Positions 1-8,475 of a stretch of DNA of 14,514 bases are shown piece after piece. This DNA comes from a virus (lineage: Duplodnaviria; Heunggongvirae; Uroviricota; Caudoviricetes): IMG/VR virus record IMGVR_UViG_2724678985_000014; one strand, written 5' to 3'. Within the stretch, counting starts at the first letter, position 1. The number at the start of each line of letters is the position of its first letter. Below the pieces are notes generated by a model that was not told the origin of the DNA, searched no databases, and was given only the letters and a program-made list of their open reading frames with translations. A program made the translations under genes and the position numbers.

Positions 1-73
1 CACCCTGACCGTTATAAACCCACAGGGTGGTACCGGCAACTATGAGCGGTGCGAGAAGGTTTGGTCTTGGCAT
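1..73 (-). CDS. V: Major tail protein gpV, N-terminal 24 codons only (gene continues beyond window start)
   Basis: Minus-strand ATG at 73-71 opens MPRPNLLAPLIVAGTTLWVYNGQG, matching the remembered lambda gpV N-terminal motif (GAGTTLWVYKGSG). Lies directly downstream of U, as in lambda. Confidence 0.7.
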   Translation of the reverse strand, partial: MPRPNLLAPLIVAGTTLWVYNGQG

Positions 74-80
74 AACGTCC

Positions 81-476
81 TCACATCTCGTATGTAATGG
101 AATAAGTCAGATCTGCAGAACTCCATAACGCCATATCGTCATCACGACGATACTCATAGCCCTGCGTAACCATCGTGGTAATCAGTCCTGCCAGTGCCGG
201 GATCGCGGTCATCGCCGGGTAAATCCGGCTTTCCATCCACTGATCAAGCTCTGAATCCGGTACCTGTGCCGGTAAAAACACCTCAATATGCAGCGTGGCC
301 CGCCAGGTATCTGCATCCAGCTCTTCACCGGTATACTCTGCATCCGTCAGATAAACCGCGATCGCAGGAAAATCCTCTTCGTCAAAAACAACGGGGCGAC
401 CATCAAACAGCGTCGCCCCGTGTTCATGCTGCTCGAGTGCATCCAGCACTGCGGCACGAATGTCAGTGTGTTTCAT
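81..476 (-). CDS. U: Tail terminator protein gpU
   Basis: 131 aa, same length as lambda gpU and near-identical along the whole protein (MKHT..RAAVLDALE...DLTY.ITYEM). Start overlaps the Z stop, as in lambda. Confidence 0.92.
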   Translation of the reverse strand: MKHTDIRAAVLDALEQHEHGATLFDGRPVVFDEEDFPAIAVYLTDAEYTGEELDADTWRATLHIEVFLPAQVPDSELDQWMESRIYPAMTAIPALAGLITTMVTQGYEYRRDDDMALWSSADLTYSITYEM

Positions 477-1006
477 CGTTTTATTGCAATCCTCAGTTGT
501 TGTTTCAGCGCGTATGCCAGTTCTTTAGGCAGGCGTTCACGCCGGATACGGTCAACATTCTCATCAAATGCCTGTTTCAGTGGGGCCGCCATCGGGATTT
601 TCACCACATCAATGGGGTAACGGTTTTTCCCGGCCACACGCTGCATGACATGCCAGCGACCATTTTTTAATCGCTGAATAAATGCCCGCTGATACCGATG
701 CTGACCGGCTTTAAGTATGCTGTTCGGGCGACGCCCCAGCATCCTGATCCCCAGCTTAATCACAGGGAGATCACCGCGGTTAACGATAATTCTGGCATTC
801 GGATTTCTGACCGTCGCCCGTTTCAGTCTGGACCGTTCCTTAACCAGTTTCCGGCGAACCTTTGTCTCCCGGGCAACCTGTGATGAAGACTGATTAATCG
901 CCGTTGTGGCCACGCGGTTAATGGCCATTGCTGAAGCCGCCGGAATGGCGTTTTTACGAACCCGGCTCAGATTGTCAATCGCCTGATCAAGCCCTTTTAT
1001 CGCCAT
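473..1006 (-). CDS. Z: Tail completion protein gpZ
   Basis: 177 aa. N-terminus MAIKGL.QA..NLSR and C-terminus NGRWHVMQRVAGKNRYPIDVVKIPMA...RIRRERLPKEL match remembered lambda gpZ. Conserved position between FII and U. Confidence 0.9.
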   Translation of the reverse strand: MAIKGLDQAIDNLSRVRKNAIPAASAMAINRVATTAINQSSSQVARETKVRRKLVKERSRLKRATVRNPNARIIVNRGDLPVIKLGIRMLGRRPNSILKAGQHRYQRAFIQRLKNGRWHVMQRVAGKNRYPIDVVKIPMAAPLKQAFDENVDRIRRERLPKELAYALKQQLRIAIKR

Positions 1007-1021
1007 AATTTCACCCTGCGT

Positions 1022-1375
1022 TTATCGTCGCCGGTTAACTGCGGGTGGTTGACCACGGTTGAGCCAGAGATAACAGCTGCCCCCGTCATCCGGAGAAACA
1101 CGATCCACCCAGAATATCTCACCATTAATGGTCAGCGTGTCACCACGCCGCACGGCACGAACCGTATCCGTCCGCACAAATAATGACGGGCTGCTTCCTT
1201 CAATACGGACCCCGCCACCGGCAAACCCCAGCGACTCCGGATCGTCAAAAACCCCCTGAACTTCGCTGCCACACTGTGCCCCCGAGGTGAACTGCGCACA
1301 GAGCCCCATCACTTCAACGATCGTACTGTCTACCCCGGCGAGGGCAGCATCAAAGGCATTCTGAAAATCACGCAT
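1022..1375 (-). CDS. FII: Head-tail connector protein gpFII
   Basis: 117 aa, same length as lambda gpFII. Strong match including GVFDDPE, VRVEGSSPSLFVRTD, WVDRVSPDDGGSC.LWL.RG.PPAVNRRR. Confidence 0.92.
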   Translation of the reverse strand: MRDFQNAFDAALAGVDSTIVEVMGLCAQFTSGAQCGSEVQGVFDDPESLGFAGGGVRIEGSSPSLFVRTDTVRAVRRGDTLTINGEIFWVDRVSPDDGGSCYLWLNRGQPPAVNRRR

Positions 1376-1751
1376 ATTCAGCCGTTCCGTGCTGTATCAT
1401 GGCCGTTGCCAGTGATGATGGCACCAGAACACGCATACCCCGTAACGCCAGCTCAACGGGACGACCTGTCTCCGGGCAATACCCCATTACTTGCAGGCAC
1501 TTCCGTACCCGGACGGCTTTAACATCATCCGGAGCATCCGTGTTGTTCAACTGCTCACCATCGTCTGTGTGATTTTGATCAGCCCCGCTCTCATCAGAGT
1601 GCATAATGCCCTCCGGGGAAACAGCAAGCTCCTCTTCCCACTCAGACACACGTTGAGCAATATCCGCAGCACTCCCCGACATATCCGCCTCGCGCCCCAG
1701 CAGGCCAGCCAGTTGACGAAGACGATTCAGATTTTCTTCTTTTGTTGCCAT
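1368..1751 (-). CDS. FI: DNA packaging / head completion protein gpFI-like
   Basis: Sits between E and FII as in lambda. Start placed at the ATG (1751-1749) preceded by AGGAGG (rc of 1757-1762), giving 127 aa beginning MATKEENLNRLRQLAG with an acidic middle. The ORF-track start at 1799 would run through the hairpin and the SD. Sequence similarity to lambda FI not verified from memory. Confidence 0.75.
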   Translation of the reverse strand: MATKEENLNRLRQLAGLLGREADMSGSAADIAQRVSEWEEELAVSPEGIMHSDESGADQNHTDDGEQLNNTDAPDDVKAVRVRKCLQVMGYCPETGRPVELALRGMRVLVPSSLATAMIQHGTAEYA

Positions 1752-1765
1752 CTCAGCCTCCTGTG

Positions 1766-1794
1766 AAAAAAGACACGGGGGCATTTCGCCCCCG
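1766..1794 (-). terminator. Intrinsic-terminator-like hairpin on the coding strand directly after E
   Basis: 7-bp GC stem (plus 1776-1782 cgggggc paired with 1788-1794 gcccccg, loop atttc). On the minus strand it is followed after 4 nt by TTTTTT (plus A6 at 1766-1771). Lies between the E stop (1803) and the FI SD. Confidence 0.4.
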
Positions 1795-1802
1795 CTCACG
1801 GA

Positions 1803-2831
1803 TTATTTCACCTGTACCACCACAAACTCATCCGGATCCGGCAGCACCATCAGCGGAGCGGACTGCGTCATGGTGAATTCACAGGACGGATCGCCCACGG
1901 TCAGCCAGTGTTTCGGGTAACGGGAAGAAGCCACCACTCCTTCAGACAACGCCTGTGCATCCTTAATGGCACCATAGCAACGAATCCCCTCTGCCGCCGT
2001 ATTCCCCAGCACCAGCATGCCCTCCGGCAGATAACGTTTTTCGGTACCGTCCTCTGCCACATAAGACGTTTTCGCCACCACAATGGCCAGATCGCCGTAA
2101 TACCCCTTGAAGGACACCACTGCGCCCAGATCTTTCACTGCCGTTTCGAGTTGTGAATTTGAGCCGCGACGGGTATCCAGTTTTTCGCGGAACAGCTTAA
2201 AGCCATTCAGCAGACGCCAGACCGTACCGTCCATAATGGCGATATTCACAAGGCCGCTGGCCTGATCGCAGTAGAGGTCAATATCATGCGTCGGATCAAA
2301 CGTATCACGGTCCTGCTCAGACCATTTTTTACCGTCAGCCTGCTCAATGTTATTTCCTTCAGAGCGCCCGAAATCCACCTCGACAGTATCAAACTGATCC
2401 CCTTCCATGGTGTATTTGCCATACAGCACGGCATTCACCGCCTGCATTTCTTCCACCTGGACAATGGCGTGCTCTTCCTGTTTGAGGTTATCGGTAATGA
2501 TACGCAGACGACGGTAGGCCGGGTCGTTCAGCTGAGCCGGATCTTCACCAGGAAGGCGCTCAACCGCCTGCTGGTAATTAAATTCGTGTTTCGGCTTGAC
2601 GTAGCCCGGACGCAACACGCGGGTTTCACCACCACGATGGCGCAGCACTTTTCCTTCAACGATCGGGGAGACATAGGCCGCCACCGGCGTTTTTCCGGTA
2701 ATTTTGTCCAGCATCACCTCTTCGGTGTGGAAATTCACCGTACGGCGGAAAAACAGCTCCAGAAACAGCGCACGAAATTTCACTTTTTGTTCGGTATAAC
2801 CGAGTAACTGGCGGGTCGTAAACAATCCCAT
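1803..2831 (-). CDS. E: Major capsid protein gpE
   Basis: 342 aa (lambda gpE is 341). Extensive match to remembered lambda gpE: TT.QLL...EQK.KF..LFL.LFF, YVSPIV.G.V.R.RGG, PGYVKPKHE.N, KLDTRRGSNS.LETAVKDLG, SAPLM.L.DPDEFV.VQ. Confidence 0.95.
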   Translation of the reverse strand: MGLFTTRQLLGYTEQKVKFRALFLELFFRRTVNFHTEEVMLDKITGKTPVAAYVSPIVEGKVLRHRGGETRVLRPGYVKPKHEFNYQQAVERLPGEDPAQLNDPAYRRLRIITDNLKQEEHAIVQVEEMQAVNAVLYGKYTMEGDQFDTVEVDFGRSEGNNIEQADGKKWSEQDRDTFDPTHDIDLYCDQASGLVNIAIMDGTVWRLLNGFKLFREKLDTRRGSNSQLETAVKDLGAVVSFKGYYGDLAIVVAKTSYVAEDGTEKRYLPEGMLVLGNTAAEGIRCYGAIKDAQALSEGVVASSRYPKHWLTVGDPSCEFTMTQSAPLMVLPDPDEFVVVQVK

Positions 2832-2860
2832 AAATCAGTTCCTTTCATTCAGAAATCAGT

Positions 2861-2880
2861 CAGGCCACCATGGTGGCCTG
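2861..2880. repeat. Perfect 20-bp palindrome CAGGCCACCATGGTGGCCTG in the D-E intergenic spacer
   Basis: Read directly from the sequence; the reverse complement is identical. Lies between the D stop (2889) and the E start (2831). No T-tract follows on either strand. Confidence 0.6.
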
Positions 2881-2888
2881 ATAACGTG

Positions 2889-3236
2889 TTACGGCAGAGC
2901 CGCGTGACTCAGGGCTGTGCCGGCAAAGGCATTTGCCTTTTTGTGTTCATCCACACTGTCAGGCCAGCGGATTGCCTCCGTCGCAAAGGTCCCCGACTTG
3001 TAATAGGTCAGCACCGTCTCTGTGCCTTCAAGCGGCAGTACCAGTATGCCAACCGCACTACCGGCTTTCTGTCCATCCCAGACCACCAGTTTCCCGGTGG
3101 CTTCATCCAGCATCAGGGGCGTCAGAGCCGGTGTTGCAGAAGAAATCCCGCTGCTGCCTGTGGCGGTATGAGCCGGATCATTACCAGCAAAAATACGTAC
3201 TTCCGCACGCTGTTCAGTGATGGTTTTCGTCACCAT
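2889..3236 (-). CDS. D: Head decoration protein gpD
   Basis: 115 aa (lambda gpD is 110). Matches NDPAHTAT, TPLMLD, KLV.WDG...GAAVGIL, YKSGTF, AFAGTA of lambda gpD. Conserved position between C/Nu3 and E. Confidence 0.9.
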   Translation of the reverse strand: MVTKTITEQRAEVRIFAGNDPAHTATGSSGISSATPALTPLMLDEATGKLVVWDGQKAGSAVGILVLPLEGTETVLTYYKSGTFATEAIRWPDSVDEHKKANAFAGTALSHAALP

Positions 3237-3272
3237 TTTGTTAAAACCTCATATTGATGGTCAGCACTGACT

Positions 3273-3875
3273 TCATGGCATGGCCATGAGCATTTTCACG
3301 TCCGCATCACCGTCTGCTGACGTCTGTGACACGCCACCCCGCACCGCTGCCGGTGAATGATTCGCCATGAAATGTTCAAACAGGGCGGTTGTGGATGCAG
3401 AGACCGGTTCGGCCTTACCTGATCCCGCAGCCAGCACAGCCCGGGCGTTCTCCACGGTCATTCCCGGGCAGGCCGCCAGTTTTTCAGCCTGCGCTTCTGC
3501 CCCTTTTGCCTCATCCAGGGCCATGATCTGATCACGAAGTGAGGGCCCGGCATTCGCCTGCGGTGAGGCAGCCAGGATCGGGCGGGCTTTTTCCACCGTC
3601 ATCTCCGGCATCGCCGCCAGCGTTGCCGCCAGTTGTTCACGACCTTTCGCTTCTTCACACGCCATAATGCGATCGGCTTCACTCTGCGCGGATGCCACCG
3701 GCTGCTGCGGTGCCGCCGCGGCCAGAATAGCCCGGGCCTGTTCAATGCTCATGCCCTGTTGTCCTGCCAGCATCGTGGCAAGCTGTTCACGTCCTTTCGC
3801 TTCCTGACACGTCAGGATCCCCATCACTCGCTGGTTCTCCTGCGCGGCAGCTTCCGTTGCAGTTAATTGCGGCAT
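3273..3875 (-). CDS. Nu3: Nu3-like scaffolding protein, nested in-frame within the 3' third of C
   Basis: In-frame ATG at 3875-3873 preceded by AGGAGG (rc of 3880-3885). Yields exactly 200 aa (lambda Nu3 is 201 aa and likewise shares the C reading frame and stop). Begins MPQLTATEAAAQENQRVMGILTCQEAKGRE. Confidence 0.6.
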   Translation of the reverse strand: MPQLTATEAAAQENQRVMGILTCQEAKGREQLATMLAGQQGMSIEQARAILAAAAPQQPVASAQSEADRIMACEEAKGREQLAATLAAMPEMTVEKARPILAASPQANAGPSLRDQIMALDEAKGAEAQAEKLAACPGMTVENARAVLAAGSGKAEPVSASTTALFEHFMANHSPAAVRGGVSQTSADGDADVKMLMAMP

Positions 3876-4778
3876 AGTGCCTCCTGTATCATGAGTGTTC
3901 AGCGCCGCAGCCATCACGCTGATGGCATCCGACGCATTGATTAATTCATCCGCCAGTCCGGCCTTAATAGCGGACTGACCTTCAAAAACGGCAGCCTCTG
4001 TCCCCGTGACAGCTTCCACAGACAGCCCCGTATACATCGCCACTTTTTCGGCAAACATCCGGTGCGCCGCATCAACCCGCTGCTGCATGTCCTGACGCAC
4101 CTCTGCCGGTAAGGCTTCAAACTGATTGCCATCCACCTTGTGCGCCCCGGCATAAATCAGCGTGATATCCACCCCGGCCTGCGCCAGATGACCGGCATAG
4201 CTGACATGGCTCATCATCACGCCAATGGAGCCGATACGGGATGTCTGGGTAACCAGCCGTCGGGAGCAGGCCGACGCCAGCAGCATGGCTGCAGAACAGG
4301 CCGTGTCATTGCACAGTGCCCAGACCGGCTTCTGCTGACGGAGGCGGTAAATCATGTCAGCGCAGTCAAACGCGCCGGCGGCCTGCCCGCCCGGACTGTC
4401 AATGTCCAGCAGTACGCCCCGCACTTGGCTATCTGCCATTGCCTGCTGAAGACAGGCGACAATGCCGTCATAGCCTGTCATTCCGGAAAATGGCCGCATA
4501 CCGCCCAGCCGGTGCACCAGCGTGCCGGTCACCGGCAGTACAGCAATACCGTTCACCACCCGGTAAACACGGGCCGGTCGTTTACCTCCGGCCATGTACT
4601 CGTCCGTTTCAGCCAGCATTCCGGGAGCATCAAGCTGTACCTGTTGTTGTGGTACCGAAAGACTTGCTGCCCCCATCTCGCGCCCGAGCGCGCAAAAGAA
4701 AACCCGCGCATAGGCGGGCTCCAGAAGCAGCGGTTCATTGAATGCTGCGGCAATAATGTGTGAAAGATTACGTCTCAC
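3273..4778 (-). CDS. C: Prohead protease / scaffold gpC (S49 ClpP-like serine peptidase family)
   Basis: 501 aa. Strong match to lambda gpC over the protease core (HIAAAFNEPL.LEPAYARVFFCAL, NGIAVLPV.GTLV, SGMTGY.GI, GGQ.AGAFDCAD.I, KPVWAL.ND, SRRLVTQT.R.GSIGVMM, GV.ITLIY.G.HKVDGN). Start is GTG at 4778-4776: no in-frame ATG lies between it and the upstream in-frame stop. Overlaps the 3' end of B. The C-terminal third is longer than lambda's because of internal repeats. Confidence 0.9.
   Translation of the reverse strand: MRRNLSHIIAAAFNEPLLLEPAYARVFFCALGREMGAASLSVPQQQVQLDAPGMLAETDEYMAGGKRPARVYRVVNGIAVLPVTGTLVHRLGGMRPFSGMTGYDGIVACLQQAMADSQVRGVLLDIDSPGGQAAGAFDCADMIYRLRQQKPVWALCNDTACSAAMLLASACSRRLVTQTSRIGSIGVMMSHVSYAGHLAQAGVDITLIYAGAHKVDGNQFEALPAEVRQDMQQRVDAAHRMFAEKVAMYTGLSVEAVTGTEAAVFEGQSAIKAGLADELINASDAISVMAAALNTHDTGGTMPQLTATEAAAQENQRVMGILTCQEAKGREQLATMLAGQQGMSIEQARAILAAAAPQQPVASAQSEADRIMACEEAKGREQLAATLAAMPEMTVEKARPILAASPQANAGPSLRDQIMALDEAKGAEAQAEKLAACPGMTVENARAVLAAGSGKAEPVSASTTALFEHFMANHSPAAVRGGVSQTSADGDADVKMLMAMP
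3423..3830 (-). repeat. Three tandem ~50-aa (~150-bp) in-frame repeats inside C/Nu3
   Basis: Protein repeats (C residues ~317-452): ILTCQEAKGREQLATMLAGQQGMSIEQARAILAAAAPQ / IMACEEAKGREQLAATLAAMPEMTVEKARPILAASPQ / IMALDEAKGAEAQAEKLAACPGMTVENARAVLAAGSG. I recall one such unit (ILNCEEAHGREEQARVLAETPGMTVKTARRILAAAPQ) in lambda. Boundaries approximate. Confidence 0.6.
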
Positions 4779-6360
4779 GTGGTGTTGTCTCCTCTTCCGG
4801 CCTGCGACTCTCCGCTATCTGCTGCTGATACGCCTGCGCTATCCACACCGGGCGTGAGAGTCCGGCTTTTTCCCGCTCTGCAGATTCCCTGACCTGCTGG
4901 CGGAAAATGTCCTGATAATCCTCGCCCATCAGCGCCAGCTCTTTCTCATACGTGCTCAGTCCGGCCTCAATGCGCATCACTGATTCCTGGACTTCCTTGA
5001 GCCCGTCAATGGCCATTCTTCCGGCACCAATCCACTCTGCCCGTGACCAGGCTGATCGCGCCTGATAAAAATCAAAACGTGCCCGTGGCGGACGAATAAT
5101 CCCCCGAAGAAGTGCCTCTTCCAGCCAGCAGGAAAACATCTGCGTGGCCAGTCGGGCCGCAATAAATTTTCGCCGCCCCATAAAATAGCGCCACGACTCA
5201 TTGGCGGAGGCGCGGGCACTTGAGTAACTGACCTTCGAGTAATCACGGGACAACTGTTCGTAGGAAACGCCAAGACCGGCGGCGATATACCGCAGCAGCG
5301 CCTGTTCAAGCGCCGAAAATCCATTGTCTGAATCCTGCGCTGTCTGCAGTTTCAGATCATCACCAGGGAAAAGGTGCGGAATTTTGACACCGCCCAGCGT
5401 CACGTGATTCGTGTCATACCAGCTGGAGAACTTCTCCAGAATATTAATAAGCGGATTATCCTTCTGCTCCTGTGGCGCGCCGGCGATATATTCAAAGGCC
5501 TTTTCGGTATCAAGTTCACTTTCAATCGTCGCTGCATACATCGCCTTCACTATGGCCGACTGAAGCTGTGTTGCCTGCAGGGAATCGAGCATCTTCAGCC
5601 GTTCCATGACGCTGTAAAACTGATTAGCCCCACGGGTCTGCCCGTCCTCCACCGGCTCGAAAATATGCAGCATAGCCGGACGCCCGGTGGGAAGTTCACG
5701 CGGGATCCGTTCCCATCGTCCACTACCAGAGAACGGAAAATCATCCTCACAAATATGGTACGCGACGGCACGGCCATATCGATCGACCTCCACACCGGCC
5801 CGCAGAAAACGGTTCCCCATACCGTGTCCAGGCGTGTCCACCCGTTTCGGACTCACGGCTTTAAAACGCGTACGGAATAACTGCGTGGTTTCCGTATCCC
5901 AGACCGGCTGCACAAAGATTTCGCCGTTAAACGCATGAACGCCCACACCTTCACGGATAAATTCCGTGAACGTGCGTTTTCCTTCCACGTCGATCTCGCC
6001 AGACATCCCTTCGGCGTATTCCGACCAGGCCGCCTCCACCTCATCGACAAAGCTTTTTGCTGCGGTCTCCCGCATCCCCAGCCAGCGCCAGTTCGGACGG
6101 TAGCTGATCAGAAACATATGCCCGACAATGTGATCCTTATGCAGAGCCACCGCATTAGCCGCTATTCCGTTATTGCGCACCAGATCATCTGCCCGGGCAT
6201 TCCCCAGACGCAACGCGGGTAGCAGGGCCGCATCGGCACTCTGCGCCGGTGGCAACCACTCCGCCATTTGCCCGCCAAATCCTGCACCGCCCCCGTTGTA
6301 GCTGAGACTCTCACGAAGCGGAACGCCGTTCACATCAATCAGGACAGGCGTTCGTTTCAT
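4768..6360 (-). CDS. B: Portal protein gpB
   Basis: 530 aa (lambda gpB is 533). Long blocks match remembered lambda gpB (ADDLVRNNG.AANA, FEPVEDGQTRGAN.FYSVME, KMLD.LQ.TQLQSAIVKAMYAATIESELDT, GLGVSYEQLSR.Y...SYS.ARASANESW.YFMGRRKF, GRMAIDGLKEVQE.VM.IEAGLSTYEKE). Confidence 0.95.
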   Translation of the reverse strand: MKRTPVLIDVNGVPLRESLSYNGGGAGFGGQMAEWLPPAQSADAALLPALRLGNARADDLVRNNGIAANAVALHKDHIVGHMFLISYRPNWRWLGMRETAAKSFVDEVEAAWSEYAEGMSGEIDVEGKRTFTEFIREGVGVHAFNGEIFVQPVWDTETTQLFRTRFKAVSPKRVDTPGHGMGNRFLRAGVEVDRYGRAVAYHICEDDFPFSGSGRWERIPRELPTGRPAMLHIFEPVEDGQTRGANQFYSVMERLKMLDSLQATQLQSAIVKAMYAATIESELDTEKAFEYIAGAPQEQKDNPLINILEKFSSWYDTNHVTLGGVKIPHLFPGDDLKLQTAQDSDNGFSALEQALLRYIAAGLGVSYEQLSRDYSKVSYSSARASANESWRYFMGRRKFIAARLATQMFSCWLEEALLRGIIRPPRARFDFYQARSAWSRAEWIGAGRMAIDGLKEVQESVMRIEAGLSTYEKELALMGEDYQDIFRQQVRESAEREKAGLSRPVWIAQAYQQQIAESRRPEEETTPRET

Positions 6361-6563
6361 AACCTCACTCCCAGCGGACGACGGCGACGCCGGGTTGTCC
6401 CCAGTACCGACTCCGCATCATTGATCGCCCGGTTAAGCTCATCCAGAGAAGCCGCCGTATATTCAATTCTGCGACCATCTTTCTGGACAGACACCACCCG
6501 TTTACCGGTTAATAAATCAAGGCGCGCCTGACGCAGCGCCTGCAGTTCAGCGACTGTAACCAT
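6357..6563 (-). CDS. W: Head-tail joining protein gpW
   Basis: 68 aa, same length as lambda gpW, with the conserved core L.TGKRV..VQKDGRR.E.TA.S...L...I...E and an RRRRP C-terminus. Overlaps the A stop and B start, as in lambda. Confidence 0.9.
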   Translation of the reverse strand: MVTVAELQALRQARLDLLTGKRVVSVQKDGRRIEYTAASLDELNRAINDAESVLGTTRRRRRPLGVRL

Positions 6564-8475
6564 TCACTCCTCCGGACAGCTTCGCTGCCAGTTCTTTAAG
6601 GGTTGGCCGGGTCGTCTCTTCTTCCCGGGATTTTGCCAGTACAGCCAGATCAAGCTGCCAGCGTTGCACGGACACACGTAATGCCGCGTAGGCATACACC
6701 AGGCAGTCCAGCGCTTCGTTACGCCGCTTTTTGTTATCCCACAGCAGACGCATCTTTCCTTTTTCCCACTTCTCCACAAGCTCTTCCGCGACCAGTTGCT
6801 GCGCCTCTGTCTGCGAAAAAATCTCCGGATCATCAGGAAAACGGATGGCATACGACGTGGCTTCATCCGCAGGCGTGGGATCGGCTTTCATACGGGCATA
6901 GAGAATTTCTTTTGCGGTGTCCGTTCCCACTTCACACAGATACACGCCCCGCTGATTGCGGGTTTTTGGCATGGTGATCACCGGCTTGCCATAGACAGAT
7001 GCGCCTTTTACCGGCAGCACCCGGAAAACACCGTGTTTTTTTGATCTCTGATAAACAATTTCACCATCGATCCCCCCGGTGTCCCAGCAGACACGGGAAA
7101 TAGTCATTTCGGTGCCATCCGCATGGCGGTATTTTTTGTTGATCGCCGCATCCACACGTAACAGCGTCTCTTCCTCATCAGGACGCCCCATAATGATGAT
7201 TTTATCCACCAGGAAGGCTTCCTCTCCCGGAGCCCATCCCCAGACATACATCTCAAAACGGTTTCGCTGCGAGTCAATGCCCGCCGTCAGATAAACCACC
7301 CGGGCAGGCACCGCCGCCGTGTAACGCACCACCTTATCCATCAGTACCTGGTGATCGAGTTTTTCGCCCACGGCCTCTTCCCAGGTCTCGCCCAGCGTGG
7401 TGTTCACAAAGGTTTTCAGGCCGTTGGGATCTTTCAGTGCATCCAGCCAGTCATAGACAATCTGTACCCAGGTGGTGAACGGACTGTACGCCGTCCAGAT
7501 ATGGAACGTGATGGAGCGCGGCGGCGGAATTTCATCACCCCGGGCGCTGAAAAACGTCAGACCGTCACGGGTCCACATGCCTGTGTTTTCACAGATCCAC
7601 CGCCCGTTGCTCTGGTCCAGTTCAGACTGATGGATCACGCAGCCATGATGTTCACAGAGGTAGAAAACACTTTCAGGGCTGTCCTTCTCCCATTTAAGCC
7701 CAAAAGGCGTGGACTCATCGCCAAATTTCAGATACTGCTCCTCCCCACAGTGCGGGCAGGGCACATAAAAACGCATAAAATGCGCCGACTCGTTAGCGGC
7801 TTTTTCGATCTGGCAGGTGCCTTTGATTTTAGGCGTCGAGCCGCGAATGGATTTTGGCCACACCGACCCCTCAATACGCTTATCCCCCAGCAGGGTTGGC
7901 GAGCCCTCTTTTTCGACATCCGGCTCGAACGAGGAAAGTTCGTCATAGCAGACCACGTCCACGGATTTTTCACGGTAGTTTTTGGCGGCAGCGCCGCCCA
8001 GGCACCAGAAACCGACGCCCGATGAAAAGCGTTTCAGCGTGAGAGTATTGTCACGATGTTTACGACCCAGCCATGGGGAAAGGTCTTTCAGGCATGGCAC
8101 GTTCCGAATCGTCGCCTCCACGTGAGACTTCATAAAATCTTCAGCGGCAGAATCCGTGGGCTGAAAAAGCAGACTGTTTCGGGATTTATGCTCAATAAAA
8201 TACCCGACCACCCCCAGCAACATCTTTGTATAGCCAACACGGGCAGATTTAATCAGATTAACAGTGCGGATCTGATCATTCCCCATGCTGTTCATGATGG
8301 CGATCTGGAATGGCAGCGTTTTCCATTCGCCCTCACCATATGAAGATTCTTTAGGCAGATAATAATTTTGATCAGCCCATTCAACTGGCGTCACCGGCAA
8401 TGCCCTTATCAGGGGCTGTAATGCAGTTGTGACAGCGCTCATCATATTATTCAGTTGTTGCTCTGATATATTCAT
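6547..8475 (-). CDS. A: Terminase large subunit gpA
   Basis: Start placed at MNISEQQLNNMM (ATG 8475-8473), not the ORF-track start at 8532, by alignment with the lambda gpA N-terminus (MNIS...VEWAD.NYYLPKES.Y.EG.W.TLPFQ.AIMN.MG.D.IR.VN..KSARVGY.KMLLGV). Gives 642 aa (lambda 641). Overlaps the Nu1 3' end by 29 nt, as in lambda. Confidence 0.93.
   Translation of the reverse strand: MNISEQQLNNMMSAVTTALQPLIRALPVTPVEWADQNYYLPKESSYGEGEWKTLPFQIAIMNSMGNDQIRTVNLIKSARVGYTKMLLGVVGYFIEHKSRNSLLFQPTDSAAEDFMKSHVEATIRNVPCLKDLSPWLGRKHRDNTLTLKRFSSGVGFWCLGGAAAKNYREKSVDVVCYDELSSFEPDVEKEGSPTLLGDKRIEGSVWPKSIRGSTPKIKGTCQIEKAANESAHFMRFYVPCPHCGEEQYLKFGDESTPFGLKWEKDSPESVFYLCEHHGCVIHQSELDQSNGRWICENTGMWTRDGLTFFSARGDEIPPPRSITFHIWTAYSPFTTWVQIVYDWLDALKDPNGLKTFVNTTLGETWEEAVGEKLDHQVLMDKVVRYTAAVPARVVYLTAGIDSQRNRFEMYVWGWAPGEEAFLVDKIIIMGRPDEEETLLRVDAAINKKYRHADGTEMTISRVCWDTGGIDGEIVYQRSKKHGVFRVLPVKGASVYGKPVITMPKTRNQRGVYLCEVGTDTAKEILYARMKADPTPADEATSYAIRFPDDPEIFSQTEAQQLVAEELVEKWEKGKMRLLWDNKKRRNEALDCLVYAYAALRVSVQRWQLDLAVLAKSREEETTRPTLKELAAKLSGGVNGYSR

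Noticed and set aside
1752-1799. Upstream extension of FI (MSGGEMPPCLFSQEAE...) from the ORF track
   Set aside because: It would be translated across the terminator-like hairpin and the AGGAGG SD that sits in front of the ATG at 1751.
2286-2807. 173-aa plus-strand ORF antisense to E
   Set aside because: Antisense to the major capsid gene, which matches lambda gpE along its full length.
4140-4763. 207-aa and 141-aa plus-strand ORFs antisense to C
   Set aside because: Antisense to the conserved prohead protease gene. Composition-driven open frames.
7351-8025. 224-aa plus-strand ORF (with others at 6603-6977, 6796-7044, 7854-8042, 8056-8343) antisense to terminase A
   Set aside because: Lies entirely antisense to a well-supported conserved gene. 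Arg/Pro-rich low-complexity translation typical of GC-rich antisense frames, with no recognisable motifs.
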